Shown here: in pieces, positions 9,184 through 18,393 of the stretch
Position numbering within the stretch: the stretch's first letter is position 1
How the letters are laid out: each line of letters begins with the position of its first letter
Program-made: the position numbers and the translations under genes
Notes under the pieces: model-generated
Database searches by the model: none
What the model was told of the DNA's origin: nothing
The model's input: only the letters and a program-made list of their open reading frames with translations
Origin: an uncultured Desulfatibacillum sp.
GTDB taxonomy: Bacteria; Desulfobacterota; Desulfobacteria; Desulfobacterales; SpSt-501
Length of the DNA stretch: 64,000 nucleotides
Reading direction: 5' to 3'
Assembly (NCBI GenBank): GCA_964562235.1
Contig: CAZLSV010000014.1
Span: forward strand, 15,984-79,983

Positions 9184-10371
9184 ATGAAAAGACTCTCCCG
9201 CACCGGGTGCCGGGTGCTGCTCGCTCTGACCGTGGTGCTCATCGGCCGCGCGGGAGCCTACGACCTTCTGCCCTGGATGAAATCGCGTCTCTTTCCCGCG
9301 GATGTGCCCTTCCTGGAATCGACCTCCGGCACCTTCCGCGTGGAGGTCCTCGCCGAGGGGCTGGTAAGTCCCTGGGCCGTCGTCCCGGCGCCCGACGGGC
9401 GGATCTTCATCACCGAACGCCCGGGCCGACTGCGGGTGGTGGAGAATGGGAGGTTGTCCCCCGCCCCGGTGCCCGGGGTGCCGGAGGTGGCCTACCAGGG
9501 CCAGGGCGGCCTGCTCGACATGACCCTGCACCCGGACCATGCGCTCAACCGCCGGGTCTACCTGGCGTACACCGTGGCTACCGACAAGGGCTTGATGACC
9601 CGTGTGGCCCGTTTTGAAGAGACTCCCGACGGATTGAAAGACATGCATGTCGTCTTTCAGGGTTTCCCCGGAAGCGACCTGCCGAAACACTTCGGGTGCC
9701 GTATCCGTTTCGGCGCGGACCGCAGGCTTTACATAACCCTCGGGGAGCGCGGCGAAGGGAATAGAGCACAGGACCTGATGGATCTCAACGGCAAAACCCT
9801 GCGCCTGAACGACGACGGCACGGTTCCGGCCGACAACCCGTTTGCCGGCCGAAGCGACGCGCGGCCCGAAATTTTCACGTACGGAAACCGGAACTCACAA
9901 GGGATGGCCGTCCATCCGGAGACCGGTTGGATTTTTCAAACCGAGCACGGCCCCTCCTGGAACGACGCCCCCGGCGGGGGCGACGAAGTGAACCATATCG
10001 TTGCCGGCGGCAACTACGGCTGGCCGCTCGTGCATCACCGCGGCACGCGCGCGGGCACCATCGCCCCCCTGGCGGAGTACACCCCGGCAATCGCTCCGGC
10101 CGGTTGTATGTTCTACACGGGTGCGGCCTTCCCGGCCTGGAAGGGTGATTTCTTCTTCGCCAACCTGGTCGGGAAAATGCTCGTGCGCCTGAAGCTCGAT
10201 GAAACCAACATCGTCGGGCAGGAGCATCTGTTGAAAGCGGCTTTCGGCAGGCTGAGAGATGCCGCCCAGGGACAGGACGGTTCGATCTACATCATCACTT
10301 CGGACACGGATGCCTACGGCCCCGGTCGCGCCGGCGGCGACCGGCTGCTGCGGCTTTTGCCGACGAAATAG
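9184..10371 (+). CDS. PQQ-dependent (soluble) sugar dehydrogenase, beta-propeller, with a signal peptide
   Basis: Motifs are GLLDMTLHPD, YGNRNSQGMAVHPETGWIFQTEHGP and GGDEVNHIVAGGNYGWP. The N-terminus is a signal sequence (MKRLSRTGCRVLLALTVVLIGRAGA). Confidence 0.8.
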   Translation: MKRLSRTGCRVLLALTVVLIGRAGAYDLLPWMKSRLFPADVPFLESTSGTFRVEVLAEGLVSPWAVVPAPDGRIFITERPGRLRVVENGRLSPAPVPGVPEVAYQGQGGLLDMTLHPDHALNRRVYLAYTVATDKGLMTRVARFEETPDGLKDMHVVFQGFPGSDLPKHFGCRIRFGADRRLYITLGERGEGNRAQDLMDLNGKTLRLNDDGTVPADNPFAGRSDARPEIFTYGNRNSQGMAVHPETGWIFQTEHGPSWNDAPGGGDEVNHIVAGGNYGWPLVHHRGTRAGTIAPLAEYTPAIAPAGCMFYTGAAFPAWKGDFFFANLVGKMLVRLKLDETNIVGQEHLLKAAFGRLRDAAQGQDGSIYIITSDTDAYGPGRAGGDRLLRLLPTK

Positions 10372-10385
10372 GAAGGATTCGAGTC

Positions 10386-11753
10386 GTGAATTTCACGCCC
10401 CTTTTCAAACCCCGCAGCATCGCCGTTGCGGGCGTGTCGCTCGCCAACGACCGCCACCCCGCCAACGTGATCTACAACAAGATCCACCTGCGCTACCCGG
10501 TCAAGGTCTACCCGGTGAACCCGAAGGGCGGTGTTTTCAAGCGCGACCGCGTCTACCGGGGAATGGAGGAGATCCCCGGACCCGTCGATCTGGCCGTAAT
10601 CGCCGTGCGCGCCGATTTCGTGCCGGAAACGCTCGCCCAGTGCATCCGCAAGGGGGTGGGCGGCGCGGTGATCATCTCCGGCGGTTTCGCCGAAAGCGGC
10701 CGGCCGGACCTGCAGGAGCGGATCACCGCAATGGCCCGGGAGGCGGAGTTCCCTTTCATCGGGCCCAACTGCCTCGGCATCTACTCGCCGGGAAAATTCG
10801 ACACGTTTTTCCTGCCGGGCGAGCGCCTGGTGCGGCCGAACCCGGGCAGCGTGGGGTTCGTCAGCCAGAGCGGCGGCGTGCTGGTCGATCAGATGGTGAA
10901 GTTTGCCGAACAGGGACTGGGGCTCTCGCTCGCGGTCAGCATCGGCAACAAGGCCTTGATCCGTGAAACCGATCTGCTGCGCTACCTCGCCGAAGACCCG
11001 GCTACTAAGGTCATCGCCTTCTACGTGGAAGGCTTCGGCCGCGGTGAAGGGCGCACCTTTGTGGAGCTGGCGGCCGGCTGCCGAAAACCGGTGGTCGTGC
11101 TCAAGGCCGGCAAGACCCTGGAAGGCAGCCGCGCCGTGAGCAGCCACACCGCATCGCTGGCCGGCGACTACAAGGTGTTCTCCGATGTGCTCGCCCAGTA
11201 CGGCATCGTAGAGGCCCGCAACGAGTTCGAACTCACCTGCTTCTGCGAATCGCTCAACCACTACCCTCGCGCCATCGCGGGCAAGGTCGGGGTCATCACC
11301 GTGAGCGGCGGCCACGGCGCCCTGGCCACGGACATCTGCGCCGACCTGGGACTGCAAGTGCCGCGGCTTTCGGAGGCGGTCAGAGCCGAGATCCGGGCCG
11401 GCCTCTCGGCCAACGTCCGCGACATCGCCTCCCTGGAGAACCCGATCGATCTGACGGGCAGCGCCGTCGACGAGGATTTCGAAGCGGCCGTCGGCGCGCT
11501 CGGCCGGGCGCCCGAGGTGGACTGCCTGCTGCTCCTGCTGCTGCCTTACTCCCCGGGGATCAGCTCCGATCTCGGTGCCCGGCTGAGCTATGTGCACCAG
11601 CAGACCGGCAAGCCGCTGGTCGCCTATGTGCCGCACATCGAAAAATACCGGATTCTGTTCGAGGGCTTCGAACTGAACAACGTACCGGTCGCCTCCTCCA
11701 TCGACGGGGCGGTCTTCATGGTGGAAGCCATGCGGAGGTGCAGGCCATGCTGA
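10386..11753 (+). CDS. ADP-forming acetyl-CoA synthetase family, alpha subunit (CoA-binding plus succinyl-CoA-synthetase-like flavodoxin domains)
   Basis: GTG start after AGGAAGGA. Motifs are PRSIAVAGVS, GPNCLGIYSP, GFVSQSGG and the SHTASLAG phosphohistidine-loop-like motif. Confidence 0.8.
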   Translation: MNFTPLFKPRSIAVAGVSLANDRHPANVIYNKIHLRYPVKVYPVNPKGGVFKRDRVYRGMEEIPGPVDLAVIAVRADFVPETLAQCIRKGVGGAVIISGGFAESGRPDLQERITAMAREAEFPFIGPNCLGIYSPGKFDTFFLPGERLVRPNPGSVGFVSQSGGVLVDQMVKFAEQGLGLSLAVSIGNKALIRETDLLRYLAEDPATKVIAFYVEGFGRGEGRTFVELAAGCRKPVVVLKAGKTLEGSRAVSSHTASLAGDYKVFSDVLAQYGIVEARNEFELTCFCESLNHYPRAIAGKVGVITVSGGHGALATDICADLGLQVPRLSEAVRAEIRAGLSANVRDIASLENPIDLTGSAVDEDFEAAVGALGRAPEVDCLLLLLLPYSPGISSDLGARLSYVHQQTGKPLVAYVPHIEKYRILFEGFELNNVPVASSIDGAVFMVEAMRRCRPC

Positions 11754-12433
11754 GCCAGGAACTGATGAACATTGTCGATGCCGGCCGCGAACACGGATGG
11801 GTGCTGGAGCCGGAGGCCCTGCGCCTGCTGCGGGCCTCCCATGTTCCGGTCCCCCGGTTCGCATGGGCCCGGTCGAAAACCGAGGCGCTCGCCGCGGCGG
11901 CCGCCATCGGCTTCCCGGTGGTCGCCAAGGTGGTGTCCCCGCAGGTCCTGCACAAGTCCGATGTGCAGGGGGTCCAGCCCGGCGTCCCGGACCCGGAGAG
12001 CCTGGCCCGGGTCTATGACCGGTTCGGCGCGCTGCCCGGTTTTGAAGGGATGCTCGTCGCCGAAATGCTCTCGGGACACGAGCTCATCGTCGGCGCCAAG
12101 ATCGACTACCAGTTCGGACCGGTGATCCTGCTCGGGATCGGCGGCACGGCCGTCGAAATCTACAAGGACACGGTCACGCGCATGGCGCCGCTCAAGCCGC
12201 GCGACGCCGAATCCATGCTCACCTGCCTGCGGGGCAGCCGACTGCTCACGGGCCACCGGGGCTTTGCCGCCGTCAACATTCCGAAACTGACCGAGATGAT
12301 GCTCGCCTTCTCGGGTCTCGTCATGGAACTCGCCGACCGGATCGACTCCATCGACCTCAACCCCGTGTTCTGCTCTCCGGAGCGCTGCACGGTCGCCGAC
12401 GCACGGATTATCTTGGCCGATAATGCAAAGTGA
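11747..12433 (+). CDS. ADP-forming acetyl-CoA synthetase family, beta subunit (ATP-grasp domain)
   Basis: The ATG at 11747 follows GGAGG and overlaps the alpha-subunit stop (ATGCTGA). The ATP-grasp-like sequence is GFPVVAKVVSPQVLHKSDVQGV..GMLVAEM..DLNPV. Confidence 0.75.
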   Translation: MLSQELMNIVDAGREHGWVLEPEALRLLRASHVPVPRFAWARSKTEALAAAAAIGFPVVAKVVSPQVLHKSDVQGVQPGVPDPESLARVYDRFGALPGFEGMLVAEMLSGHELIVGAKIDYQFGPVILLGIGGTAVEIYKDTVTRMAPLKPRDAESMLTCLRGSRLLTGHRGFAAVNIPKLTEMMLAFSGLVMELADRIDSIDLNPVFCSPERCTVADARIILADNAK

Positions 12434-12558
12434 TGATCCAGTATTTCATGAGCGCGGAATGATGAACATGGGGAAAGGCTGATTGAGAGATAATGGACCT
12501 GCGGCGGCTCCGGAATCGACCGTACAATCTTGATGCACCCCGAAGGTTGGGGACCGTG

Positions 12559-12891
12559 TCACTCAAAAACTTTTCGAATCTGTCGTTCCAGTTCGGGGAT
12601 GTTCTTCACAATGGTTTCCCAAACCCGGTCAAGATCAATCGTGTCATATTCATGGATCAGCACATTTCTCAAACCTACGATTCCGCTCCACGGAATCTCC
12701 GGGTAGTGACCGCGAAAATCATCCGGGAGCCTATTGGCCGCCTCTCCGATCACTTCGAGACGCCGAATCACTGCATCCTGTTTTTCCGATGAAGCCATGA
12801 AGTCGGCTCTGCTCAATCCAAAAGTGTACTTTTGAATCGCCTTGATGGAGTCGTAGATATCATCGATATGCACCAAAGGGTCTTTTTTCAT
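12559..12891 (-). CDS. hepT: HepT-like (DUF86) ribonuclease toxin of a type VII toxin-antitoxin pair
   Basis: The Rx4HxY active-site motif is in GLRNVLIHEYDTIDLDRVW. The protein is 110 aa, overlaps the upstream nucleotidyltransferase gene by 4 nt, and has visibly lower GC than its neighbours. Confidence 0.85.
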   Translation of the reverse strand: MKKDPLVHIDDIYDSIKAIQKYTFGLSRADFMASSEKQDAVIRRLEVIGEAANRLPDDFRGHYPEIPWSGIVGLRNVLIHEYDTIDLDRVWETIVKNIPELERQIRKVFE

Positions 12892-13193
12892 AAGATCCGG
12901 CGGCTTTCCTTTAGAACCCGGTCTTTGAGACGAGGCTTCAAATAATCCCTTGAAACCAAGTCAACTTTAACGCCCAAGATGCTCTCTAGTTCATTTTTGA
13001 GACCCACAACATCCAACAGGCTGACATCGTCACGGTACTTGACTAAAAGGTCTAAATCGCTCAGGGAACTGGCATCTCCCCTTGCGATGGACCCAAACAC
13101 CGATGCCTCAACAACGCCGCGGTTCATTAATACGGGAACGATGCGTTGGGCGATCTCATGGATTTCGATATTCATGCCTACACCCCTATTCAA
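12888..13193 (-). CDS. mntA: MntA-like minimal nucleotidyltransferase antitoxin
   Basis: The GSxxRG..DxD motif is in FGSIARGDASSLSDLDLLV. The protein is 101 aa and sits directly upstream of, and overlapping, the HepT gene. Confidence 0.85.
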   Translation of the reverse strand: MNRGVGMNIEIHEIAQRIVPVLMNRGVVEASVFGSIARGDASSLSDLDLLVKYRDDVSLLDVVGLKNELESILGVKVDLVSRDYLKPRLKDRVLKESRRIL

Positions 13194-13255
13194 AAGGGAA
13201 GAACAGCATTTCAGAAAAAATAGCAGATACCTGAATCTTAAGCAATAGAGCGAGA

Positions 13256-14173
13256 ATGGACAAGATGATCAAACAACCAGCCGGGGATTTTCCCAAAAAC
13301 ATCTTACCGTACCTGATTCTCAGCGTCGCCCCGCTTTGCTGGGCGGGGAACATCGTGCTGGCCCGGGGCGTGGCGGAGCTCATCCCGCCGGTGGCCTTCG
13401 CCTTCTGGCGCTGGACCCTCGCCTTCGCGCTGATCCTGCCCTTCACGCTGCGGCAGCTCGCCCGGGACCGCAGGGAGATCGGCCGGCGCTGGAAGATGAT
13501 GTTTTTACTTTCCCTCCTGGGGATATCGAGCTTCAACACGCTGCTTTACACCGCGGTCCACACCACCACCGCCATCAACGGCGCCCTGATCCAGTCCATT
13601 ATGCCCGCGGTGATCGTGCTGCTGAGCCTGATGCTCTATCGGGAAAAGATCGCATCGCGCCAGCTGGCCGGCGTGGTGCTGTGCATCCTGGGCGCCGCCC
13701 TGATCGTGCTGCGGGGGGATCTGAAGACGCTTCTGGCCATGTCCTTTGTGCAAGGCGACCTGCTCATGGTCATCGCCGTTTCGGTCTATGGGCTCTACTC
13801 CGTGCTGCTGCGCCGGCGCCCGGCCATCCACCCCTTGAGTTTTCTGACCGCCACGTTTGCCTTGGGCGCCGCCGGTCTTTTCCCGGCTTACCTGGCGGAG
13901 CTGGCCGTCACCGGCCCGTTCGCACCCGGCCGGGACATCGTATTGAGCATCCTGTACGTGGCCGTCTTCCCCTCCATCGTCGCCTATTTCTGCTGGAACA
14001 GGGGAGTGGAGCTGGTCGGCCCCAACCGGGCCGGACTCTTCATCAACCTGATCCCGGCCTTCGCCTCGCTGCTGTCCGTCGGCCTTTTGGGCGAGTCGAT
14101 CCAGCTCTATCACATCGGCGGCATGGGGCTCATCGCCGGCGGAATGGCGCTGTTTTATCTGGTCAACGCCTGA
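13256..14173 (+). CDS. DMT-superfamily (EamA-like) transporter
   Basis: About ten hydrophobic helices and a duplicated EamA-like architecture across 305 aa. Confidence 0.8.
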   Translation: MDKMIKQPAGDFPKNILPYLILSVAPLCWAGNIVLARGVAELIPPVAFAFWRWTLAFALILPFTLRQLARDRREIGRRWKMMFLLSLLGISSFNTLLYTAVHTTTAINGALIQSIMPAVIVLLSLMLYREKIASRQLAGVVLCILGAALIVLRGDLKTLLAMSFVQGDLLMVIAVSVYGLYSVLLRRRPAIHPLSFLTATFALGAAGLFPAYLAELAVTGPFAPGRDIVLSILYVAVFPSIVAYFCWNRGVELVGPNRAGLFINLIPAFASLLSVGLLGESIQLYHIGGMGLIAGGMALFYLVNA

Positions 14174-14589
14174 AGGATGCACCCGGTTCATTGACGCGAA
14201 TCGATTATACATCAACCCCATCGGACCGGCGCGAGCTGCTCCATCACAATTCAATCCCGGGAAGTAACGGTTCATTTTCGACCGAGGCCTGATTTTCAGG
14301 TCCCTACCATAATCCCCGCCGAGCAACCAATGTCGGGCCTCGCGGCCACGCGTCGACAACCGCAACATGATGGTCGTATTTACCCGCTCGCTATCCAACC
14401 GTTTTTCCATGCGATAAGCAGCATAAAATTAGCTTGCGCACGCTTACACCAACATCGAACGTTTACATAAATAGTTGTAATCGCTAACATATTTAACATT
14501 AAAGGAGAAAATAAAGATTGACTTTTTTTATGCCTCGAAAGAAAATCGCCCGGGAATTGATTATAAACCGAAACGGATGGGAGGGCAAA

Positions 14590-14961
14590 ATGAGAGCGGC
14601 GAAACTGATTCCTTCGTGTCTGCTGATCGGTGCTGCGGTGGCGTTGTTCATTTCGGGTTGCGGCGATTCGGGTGGCAGCGACATGTCCAACCTCAGCGGG
14701 GCATGGCAAGATCCTTCGACGAAGCAAAAATTTCAGATTGACTTCAGCAATAACAAAACCATCATTACTTTCGGTGACGCCATTTTACCGGCCACGATTA
14801 AACCACTCACATCGGACAGCTATTCGGTGCGTGTTTCAGACAAGGGCTCGGGGGAGAAGGAGTGGAAACTTTCCCGAGTTTGGGACGACAAGAAAAAATC
14901 CTTCACGCTGAAACTCGAGCACGACAGCGCGACATCCAATTTAGAGCGCGTAAAGATTTAA
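14590..14961 (+). CDS. Small lipoprotein of unknown function
   Basis: The ATG at 14590 gives MRAAKLIPSCLLIGAAVALFISGCGDSGG, which contains the lipobox ISGC. The gene is lower in GC. No recognisable domain. Confidence 0.5.
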   Translation: MRAAKLIPSCLLIGAAVALFISGCGDSGGSDMSNLSGAWQDPSTKQKFQIDFSNNKTIITFGDAILPATIKPLTSDSYSVRVSDKGSGEKEWKLSRVWDDKKKSFTLKLEHDSATSNLERVKI

Positions 14962-14996
14962 CCCTCCGAGTGCCTGTCACACCTCAAACCAAAATC

Positions 14997-15027
14997 AAGG
15001 ACCGGGTCGACAAGCTCGGTCCTTTTT
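14997..15027 (+). terminator. Rho-independent terminator candidate downstream of the lipoprotein gene
   Basis: Stem AAGGACCG (14997-15004) pairs with CGGTCCTT (15017-15024) around a 12-nt loop. A T-run follows (CCTTTTTCC). Confidence 0.5.
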
Positions 15028-15227
15028 CCTCGCCCGTTCGCCATTGCGGCTGCGTCCATCCCATGAAACGCATTCGGAATTAGACCCGCCCCCCGACACC
15101 GCCGGACGCCCGTGGTGTCATATGAAACCCTGCGTCTTCCGCGCTGGTGACCCCGCTGGTAACCCATGGATAAGGGCGGCGTCGCCGCCGGCACGCCTTG
15201 ATAGGAAGGCGGCCTCGAGCGAACGTT

Positions 15228-16241
15228 TCAAGGCGGCTGCGCCAGGAACGTCGCGAGGCCTTCTACCAGCGCGGCCATGAAGCGGAAGTCGAGGGTTTCC
15301 ATCCTGTCGGTGGGCAGGTGGTAGTGGGGGTTGCGAAAGAAGGCGGAGTCCGTGATCATCACGGCCTGGAATCCCTGGTCCCAGAACGAGGCGTGGTCGC
15401 TCAAACGCACGGCCGGCATGATCCAGCCGTTGAAGGGCACGGTCAGTTTGACAACCGCCAGGTCCGGGTTTTTCTGGAAACTGTCGGAGATGCTCCCGGC
15501 CAGAGCGCGCGAAGCGAAGTTGCCCACGATCCCGATGAAATCGCCCTCCTTGGGGTAGCCGAAAAACATCAGCGGAAACGGGTAGGACTGGCAGCCCGGT
15601 TCGCGGCAGGTGTAGCCGACCATCTCCAGGCACAGCATGGCGTCGATGCGTTCGTTCCGCCGCCGGGCCTGCCTCGCGTAGACCCGGCTTCCCATGAACC
15701 GCGTGCCGTAGGCCGGCGGCTCTTCGAGGGCAAAGGAGACGAACACGACGGACAAACCGAGATTCTTGTCGCGGCTCAACGCCGCTATCTGCCGCGCGGT
15801 TTCAAGCTGCACGGCCACGGCGCTGGCGTTGTCGTCGGCGCCGACGGTGCCGGCGACCGAGTCGTAGTGGGCACCGATCAGGATCCGCCGGGCGGGGCTG
15901 GGGCCGAAACGGACCTCGGCGACGACATTGGCAACCTCGAAGCCTTGACAGTCATAATGCTCCAGGCGCGCCTCGATCCCGTTCCCCTTGTAGAAATCCC
16001 GGATGTACTCCGCCGTCTTGGTGAGGTTGCCCGGAACCCGGACGCTGCGCTCTCCGATCTCTACCGTAAGCGCCCGGAGGTGGTTTCTCAACCGGGCTTC
16101 CGTTGCGGGAATGTCGACCATCGCCGCCGCTCCCCAAGCGCGTGTGTCCCCGGCATGCAGGCTACCGGCCTCGATGTCCGGCAGGACAAATCGGCCCAGC
16201 GCAAACGCCAGGCATGCAATCATGTAGACCCTAATGCGCAT
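15228..16241 (-). CDS. M28-family metallopeptidase (aminopeptidase)
   Basis: Signal-like N-terminus. M28-type metal-ligand contexts are IGAHYDSV, GADDNASAVA and SFALEEPP. There is a late SDHASF motif. Confidence 0.75.
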   Translation of the reverse strand: MRIRVYMIACLAFALGRFVLPDIEAGSLHAGDTRAWGAAAMVDIPATEARLRNHLRALTVEIGERSVRVPGNLTKTAEYIRDFYKGNGIEARLEHYDCQGFEVANVVAEVRFGPSPARRILIGAHYDSVAGTVGADDNASAVAVQLETARQIAALSRDKNLGLSVVFVSFALEEPPAYGTRFMGSRVYARQARRRNERIDAMLCLEMVGYTCREPGCQSYPFPLMFFGYPKEGDFIGIVGNFASRALAGSISDSFQKNPDLAVVKLTVPFNGWIMPAVRLSDHASFWDQGFQAVMITDSAFFRNPHYHLPTDRMETLDFRFMAALVEGLATFLAQPP

Positions 16242-16326
16242 TGCTTTTGCGGTTTTAAAAATTCTATACTATGACTCGGCCTGTGTGAACAAGGCGCACC
16301 CATGCACAGAGGGGAACCGATCGCGA

Positions 16327-18393
16327 ATGAAAAATAATTTCATGAGATGCTGGCTCGTTATGGCCGTCCTGCTTCTGGGCGGATCGGTCCTGGCGGCCGA
16401 CCCTCCCAAGACCGAACCCGGTCCTCAAAGCCCCACGTTCGCCGTCACGGAGAACATGGGGGAAGCCATCATCAAGGAGGCCGGGCAGGTCAAGGAAGAG
16501 CTCCAGCAGCAGGTCGTGGTGCTTGCGCGCTGGACCCCTCTCGGCTGGAACCTGAAAACCATCGACTTCCTGTACAAGTGGCTGCTGACCCTGCCTTTGC
16601 GAATCCCCGAGTTCATGCAGGTGGTGGCCGCCCAAAGCCGCGTCCTCGGCATCGCCGGGTCGCTGGTGATTTTCATCTTCCTGGCCGCCGTCCTTTACAG
16701 CCTCTTCGGCCGCAACCGGGTCATGCGCCGAATCGAAACGGCCATCCAGCCGGTTCGCTACCGCATCCCCGAGCCGCTCTACCCCTTTTTCATGGCCGCC
16801 TTACGGGTGGTAGTGGCGGCGGCCATCCCACTGCTGCTGCTCGCGGTTTACTCGGCCATCGGCGCCATGATCACTTACAAGGCCGTCTGGTTCGCGCTCG
16901 TCGGCGACCTTCTCCTGCTGTGGTCGCTGGCGGCCCTGACGATCGCCCTGCTGCGGGAGTTGCTGACCCGCGACCTGTTCAAGATCACCCAGGCCTACGG
17001 GAACCGGGTGTTTCAGATCGCCCGGCTGGTGCTGCTCTACGGGCTGACCTGCATCGTGCTCTATTGGGCCGCCGAGGCGTTCCGCTTCCCCAAAGACGTG
17101 CTCGCTTTCCTGCAGTTTGCCATCTCCGTGTCGGTGGTCTGCGTCTTTCTGCTGCTGATGCTCAACAAGCGGGCGCTGCTCTCCTTTCTCCCGCCCCTGC
17201 CCTACCGCCGCTACAAGGACTACGTCCGGATACTGAACCGCTACTACTACCCGCTGATCGGGGCCTCCTTCGTACTGGCGCTGCTGTGGTGCTTCGGCTT
17301 CCGCGAGGTCGGTCGCCTGCTGCTGGTGAAGATCTGGTCCACGGTCGGCGCCCTGATTCTGCTCAGCCTCCTCTATCACATGCTGCGCATCTGGCTGCAC
17401 CGCTGGGCCGAGCGCCTTCCGGCGGGCGAGGACTCCGCCCAGTCTCTGATCGGCACGGTGCGCTCCTTTCTGATGTACGCCACGGCCGTCGCAGCGGGGG
17501 CCGTGCTGCTCAACATGATCGGTTTTCTGGAGCCGATCGAACGCGTGCTCTCCTTCCCGGTCGCCAAGGTCGGCAAGACCGGCATCACGGCCTGGGTCGT
17601 GATCAAGGCGCTCCTGATCCTTTTCTTTTTCATCTACACCTCCCGTCTGCTGCAAGCCTACCTGGACTACAAGGTCTACCCCGCTTTCGGGGTCGAACCG
17701 GGCACCGGCTTCGCCGTCAACACCATCATCCGGCTGGTCTTCTTCGGGGTGGGCCTGCTGATCACCCTCGACACGGTGGGAGTGGACTTCGGCTTCCTGC
17801 TGGTGTTCGCCGGCGCCATCGGCGTCGGCATCGGCCTCGGCCTCCAGAGCATGGCGGCCAACCTGATATCGGGCTTCATCATCATTTTTGGAGGCAAGGT
17901 CCGGAAAGGCGACTGGATTAAGGTCGAAGAGGGCCTCGGTGTCGTCACCGATATCGACATCCTATCGACCCGGGTGCGCACGCGTGGCAACGTCGAGTAC
18001 CTCGTGCCCAACTCCAACCTGGTGTCCAACACCATCGTCAATTATACCCTCTCCGCTCCCACGATCTGGATCTCTCTGCCCGTGGGCGTCTCGTACGGCT
18101 CGGACCCACGGCAGGTCGAGCAGATCCTGTTGGAGCTCGCCGGCAGGGAACCCATGGTTTCCCAGCAAGAAAAACCCCGCGTCATTTTTTCGCAGTTCGC
18201 CGACAGCTCGCTCAATTTCGACCTCATCGTCTGCATCGACGTCCGGGCCTATGCCGAACGGGTCGTCAAAAGCGCTCTTTATTTCGCCATCTTCGATGAG
18301 TTCAAAAAGGCGGGCATCGAGATACCGTTCCCCCAGCGCGACCTCCACATCCGCACCCCGGAAAAAGGAGGGCTCTCAACGGTTCAAGCCTGA
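16327..18393 (+). CDS. MscS-family mechanosensitive channel (large MscK/YbdG-like type)
   Basis: The ATG at 16327 gives a signal-like N-terminus. Multiple TM helices are followed by the MscS core (LQSMAANLISGFIIIFGGKVRKGDWIKVE..GVVTDIDILSTRVRT). Confidence 0.8.
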   Translation: MKNNFMRCWLVMAVLLLGGSVLAADPPKTEPGPQSPTFAVTENMGEAIIKEAGQVKEELQQQVVVLARWTPLGWNLKTIDFLYKWLLTLPLRIPEFMQVVAAQSRVLGIAGSLVIFIFLAAVLYSLFGRNRVMRRIETAIQPVRYRIPEPLYPFFMAALRVVVAAAIPLLLLAVYSAIGAMITYKAVWFALVGDLLLLWSLAALTIALLRELLTRDLFKITQAYGNRVFQIARLVLLYGLTCIVLYWAAEAFRFPKDVLAFLQFAISVSVVCVFLLLMLNKRALLSFLPPLPYRRYKDYVRILNRYYYPLIGASFVLALLWCFGFREVGRLLLVKIWSTVGALILLSLLYHMLRIWLHRWAERLPAGEDSAQSLIGTVRSFLMYATAVAAGAVLLNMIGFLEPIERVLSFPVAKVGKTGITAWVVIKALLILFFFIYTSRLLQAYLDYKVYPAFGVEPGTGFAVNTIIRLVFFGVGLLITLDTVGVDFGFLLVFAGAIGVGIGLGLQSMAANLISGFIIIFGGKVRKGDWIKVEEGLGVVTDIDILSTRVRTRGNVEYLVPNSNLVSNTIVNYTLSAPTIWISLPVGVSYGSDPRQVEQILLELAGREPMVSQQEKPRVIFSQFADSSLNFDLIVCIDVRAYAERVVKSALYFAIFDEFKKAGIEIPFPQRDLHIRTPEKGGLSTVQA

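Noticed and set aside
8938-9690. The N-terminal 251 codons of the 891-aa ORF 7015..9690.
   Set aside because: This extension runs antisense through the start of the well-supported sugar dehydrogenase gene and through the intergenic repeat. Its translation is His/Gly/Arg-rich with no motif. The internal ATG at 8937 gives a sensible GTPase N-terminus.
10314-11864. A 516-aa minus-strand ORF antisense to the acetyl-CoA synthetase alpha gene. Comparable antisense ORFs are 30125..32809, 42534..44033, 54863..56203, 57312..58529, 33344..34402, 38390..39346 and 39640..40866.
   Set aside because: They have no recognisable motifs and a typical GC-rich antisense composition. The sense frames carry strong family motifs.
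18384-18393. A 10-nt convergent overlap of the MscS-family and oxidoreductase gene ends.
   Set aside because: Short convergent overlaps are common in compact genomes. There is no additional structure or signal at the site.
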